From: Yuukianura sp. NJ FZ-2021
Taxonomy: Eukaryota
Assembly (NCBI GenBank): GCA_046563655.1
Contig: CM102290.1
Location: forward strand, 1,798,001 to 1,862,000
Length of the DNA: 64,000 nt
Direction: 5' to 3'
Shown: positions 61,658-64,000 of the stretch, piece by piece
Position numbering within the stretch: the first letter of the stretch is position 1
Layout of the letters: each line of letters opens with the position of its first letter
Made by a program: the position numbers and the translations under genes
Notes under the pieces: generated by a model
The model's input: the letters and a program-made list of their open reading frames with translations, nothing else
What the model was told of the DNA's origin: nothing
Database searches by the model: none

Positions 61658-64000
61658 TCACATTTTGTTTGATTTGACATAAGTGAGGACCTTAAGAATA
61701 CTGTGGAGTCTACCCTCTAATTTGTTCATGGTCAAAATGGCCAGTTGAGCCTTCGTGTCCAACGGAAGAATGGCCAGGAGCCACCATGCCCATGCTGGTC
61801 CATCCGACAGGTCCAGCCAGTTCTCTTCTGGAGGTGGCATTTGACCAAAGTGGGTACTAATCCGTTGACGAAGGATTTGGCTAATGGATGTCAGCCAATC
61901 CGAGGCTTCATTGTACACTCGATCATGACTCTCCTGCACTCCTGTGGGGAACCAATCACAATCAGAGTTTAGTTAATTTCCTCAATTCCTGAATACTACT
62001 ATTGACTTTGCAGTATCTTAGATTCTATCAACAAATTCCCAACAGCCTGGTGAAGTTAAACTTAATTAATGGAATAATTAACCATTATAATTAATTGAAT
62101 GTCGAATCAAGTAGAATTGAGTTAAAGTGCAGTATACGTAAGTTTGAATGTGTTAAGTCGTATGAAAATGGCGAGTACGTTGAAAACGAAAGGAAAAACG
62201 GTTGAAGTAAGTTCTGTACTCACTCATTGTACCCCTGTTAACATTAGCAACGAAATTCAAAAAAAAATTAAGTTTCGTTGTACCCTTGTACCCGCAAGTT
62301 TGGTTTAAAAATTTCCCGCGCGCTATTTAACTTATTAGGGGAGGGTACACCGTGAAAGCTTACTTCAACCAAAAAAAAGAGGATTTCCGGAAACAAACAA
62401 AAACTGAAAGGGAACTTCACCAGTGAAGTTTTGGTAATTTCGGCCCACCCTTGTATTCTTTTCTTACGAAGACGATCCGCTGGCTCTATGGTAACATCAT
62501 GGATGATGTCTACAACTGCTGTATAGTACCCGTCCTTGAGTGCCCTACGCAGTACTTTGAACCTCTCCACACCAACAGTCTCAATTACTGAGCGCCCATC
62601 AGCAAAATACTGGACATTTTTTATCTCAAGCACAGTTCCGTGGTCAGCGTAGTTGTTCTCACCCTCTTGACTGTAAGAGCACATTCCGAATCGTCTCGTT
62701 CCACTTTCCATTGCACGCCGAATCATGAGACGATACCTAGGCTCGAAAGCATGAAGAGGACAAGGAACAGTAGGAAACCCAACGGTACACACAAATATTG
62801 GGATTTCTAAACCACGACCGGAACTACTAGCAGTTTCTAGTTCCTCCTGATGCTGTCGAATCCGTTCCTCCAGTTCGTCAGGCAAAAATTCCTCCATGGC
62901 CATTTCAATAAAGTAAGTTGCATAACTGTACTGTCCAATCCAACCTTCCTCTTCGAGTATCGTTTTACAAAGAGGGCAAGAACTAGAGTGGTCAAGACTT
63001 CGTGCCAAGCAGGATCGACAGAAAGTGTGTCCACAAGTTGTTGTAATTGGTTGGTACAGAAGTCGGTAGCAGAGGGTACATTCGAAGTCGTTGGCCGAAA
63101 TTAGTGATCGATCCACTGTACGTAATGCTGGACTTCGACGATACGGTAACCATTCGATACTTTTCGGACATCGTGGTTGATCCGATACTGTCTTGGTTCT
63201 TTCAATAACTTCTCGCTGAATTCGTTTCGTTTCTTGTACGGCACGACTAAAGAGTCGATGCGTTCTTTGTACATTTTGCTCTGGAATGGAAACGGAGCCG
63301 CGGTTTCTTTGAATCAATCTTCTTCGGATTGGTCGAAATGGGGTTCTGGTGCCATCAGCGATCGGTCTGATGTTCGTTCCAAGGTGAGTTGGACGACTGA
63401 TGGTGCGGTCACGGCGAATAAGTGAACCTGGCGATCTAGATGTGGTGGTGGCACGTCGAATTCCGACGGCGCTACTGCTACCTCCGGTTGATTGCAGGAA
63501 AATTTTGTGTAGCACTTTCATTAGTTCGCATTTGAGTGGAACTACGGCGGTATCGTCATTGACTTTAGTTGCTTTGACTAGGTAGAGACAGACTGTGAGT
63601 GTTGTAAATGCATCTTCATACCGCCCAAGTGAACCCAATGTTACAGCCTTCCGAAAGTAGCCTTTTACCCATACTGGACATGATTTAATCGCAGCTTCAG
63701 CGTCTATCAGTGCCTCTTCACTCCTGCCCAGCGTCAGTAAAATCTGTGATCGATTTCCAAGTGATAAGTGGTCATCCTGACCTACAATTTACAAAGAAAT
63801 TAATTAAATTAGATAACGGCCAGACAGACAGACAAGGTCGATTCATAAAGTAGAAAAACGTTTAAACGAGACTACGAGAAACGTTTAAAAAAAGTGAAAA
63901 TACGATCGATTCACATACTTTCAGCAAAACTGTCTTTAAATTTAAGTTGAACATAAAATTTTAAAATGTAAAGTGCACTGGAAAATAACTTCTAATTTTT
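61658..64000 (-). CDS. LONRF: LON peptidase N-terminal domain and RING finger protein (5'-truncated by the window)
   Basis: TPR: DHLSLGNRSQILLTL..WVKGYFRKAVTLGSLGRYEDA. RING: FECTLCYRLLYQPITTTCGHTFCRSCLARSLDHSSSCPLCK. LON-N: IPIFVCTVGFPTVPCPLHAFEPRYRLMIRR..GTRRFGMC, DGPAWAWWLLAILPL. Confidence 0.93.

Noticed and set aside
62224..62235. 11-nt LONRF micro-exon (ag|GGGTACAATGA|gtgag)
   Set aside because: It would break the frame, the flanking exons join directly in phase 1, and it sits among tgtaccc repeat motifs.

Overview
This is AT-rich, gene-dense eukaryotic DNA from an invertebrate, most likely an arthropod (inferred from protein style and the many ~55-90 nt GT-AG introns; the species cannot be named). 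It holds 12 intron-containing protein genes: (+) an MBD/PHD-like/F-box protein with an acidic repeat; (-) an M1 glutamyl-aminopeptidase-like enzyme; (-) Shank/Prosap; (+) a divergent Vasa-like DEAD-box helicase; (-) AEBP2/jing; (+) GALK2; (-) phospholipase D; (-) a C2H2 zinc-finger protein; (-) a SLC25A15-like carrier; (-) MICU3; (+) a FASTKD5-like protein; and (-) LONRF, which runs off the window end. Most of the longer introns carry small non-autonomous DNA transposons, including six copies of a CAAGG-ended, P-element-like MITE with 8-bp TSDs. There are also degenerate LINE-like pieces and a tRNA-derived element. The best leads are: (1) an MBD-PHD-F-box architecture that parallels CXXC-PHD-F-box KDM2/FBXL19; (2) a MITE that appears to have inserted into aminopeptidase exon 1 and now supplies its in-frame splice donor, with the putative old donor still visible; (3) a Vasa-like paralog with no RGG region and an H->L change in motif VI; (4) a candidate in-frame cassette exon inside MICU3 EF-hand 1. 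No CRISPR array, operon or autonomous transposase was seen. All exon boundaries were read by eye and need RNA-seq confirmation.
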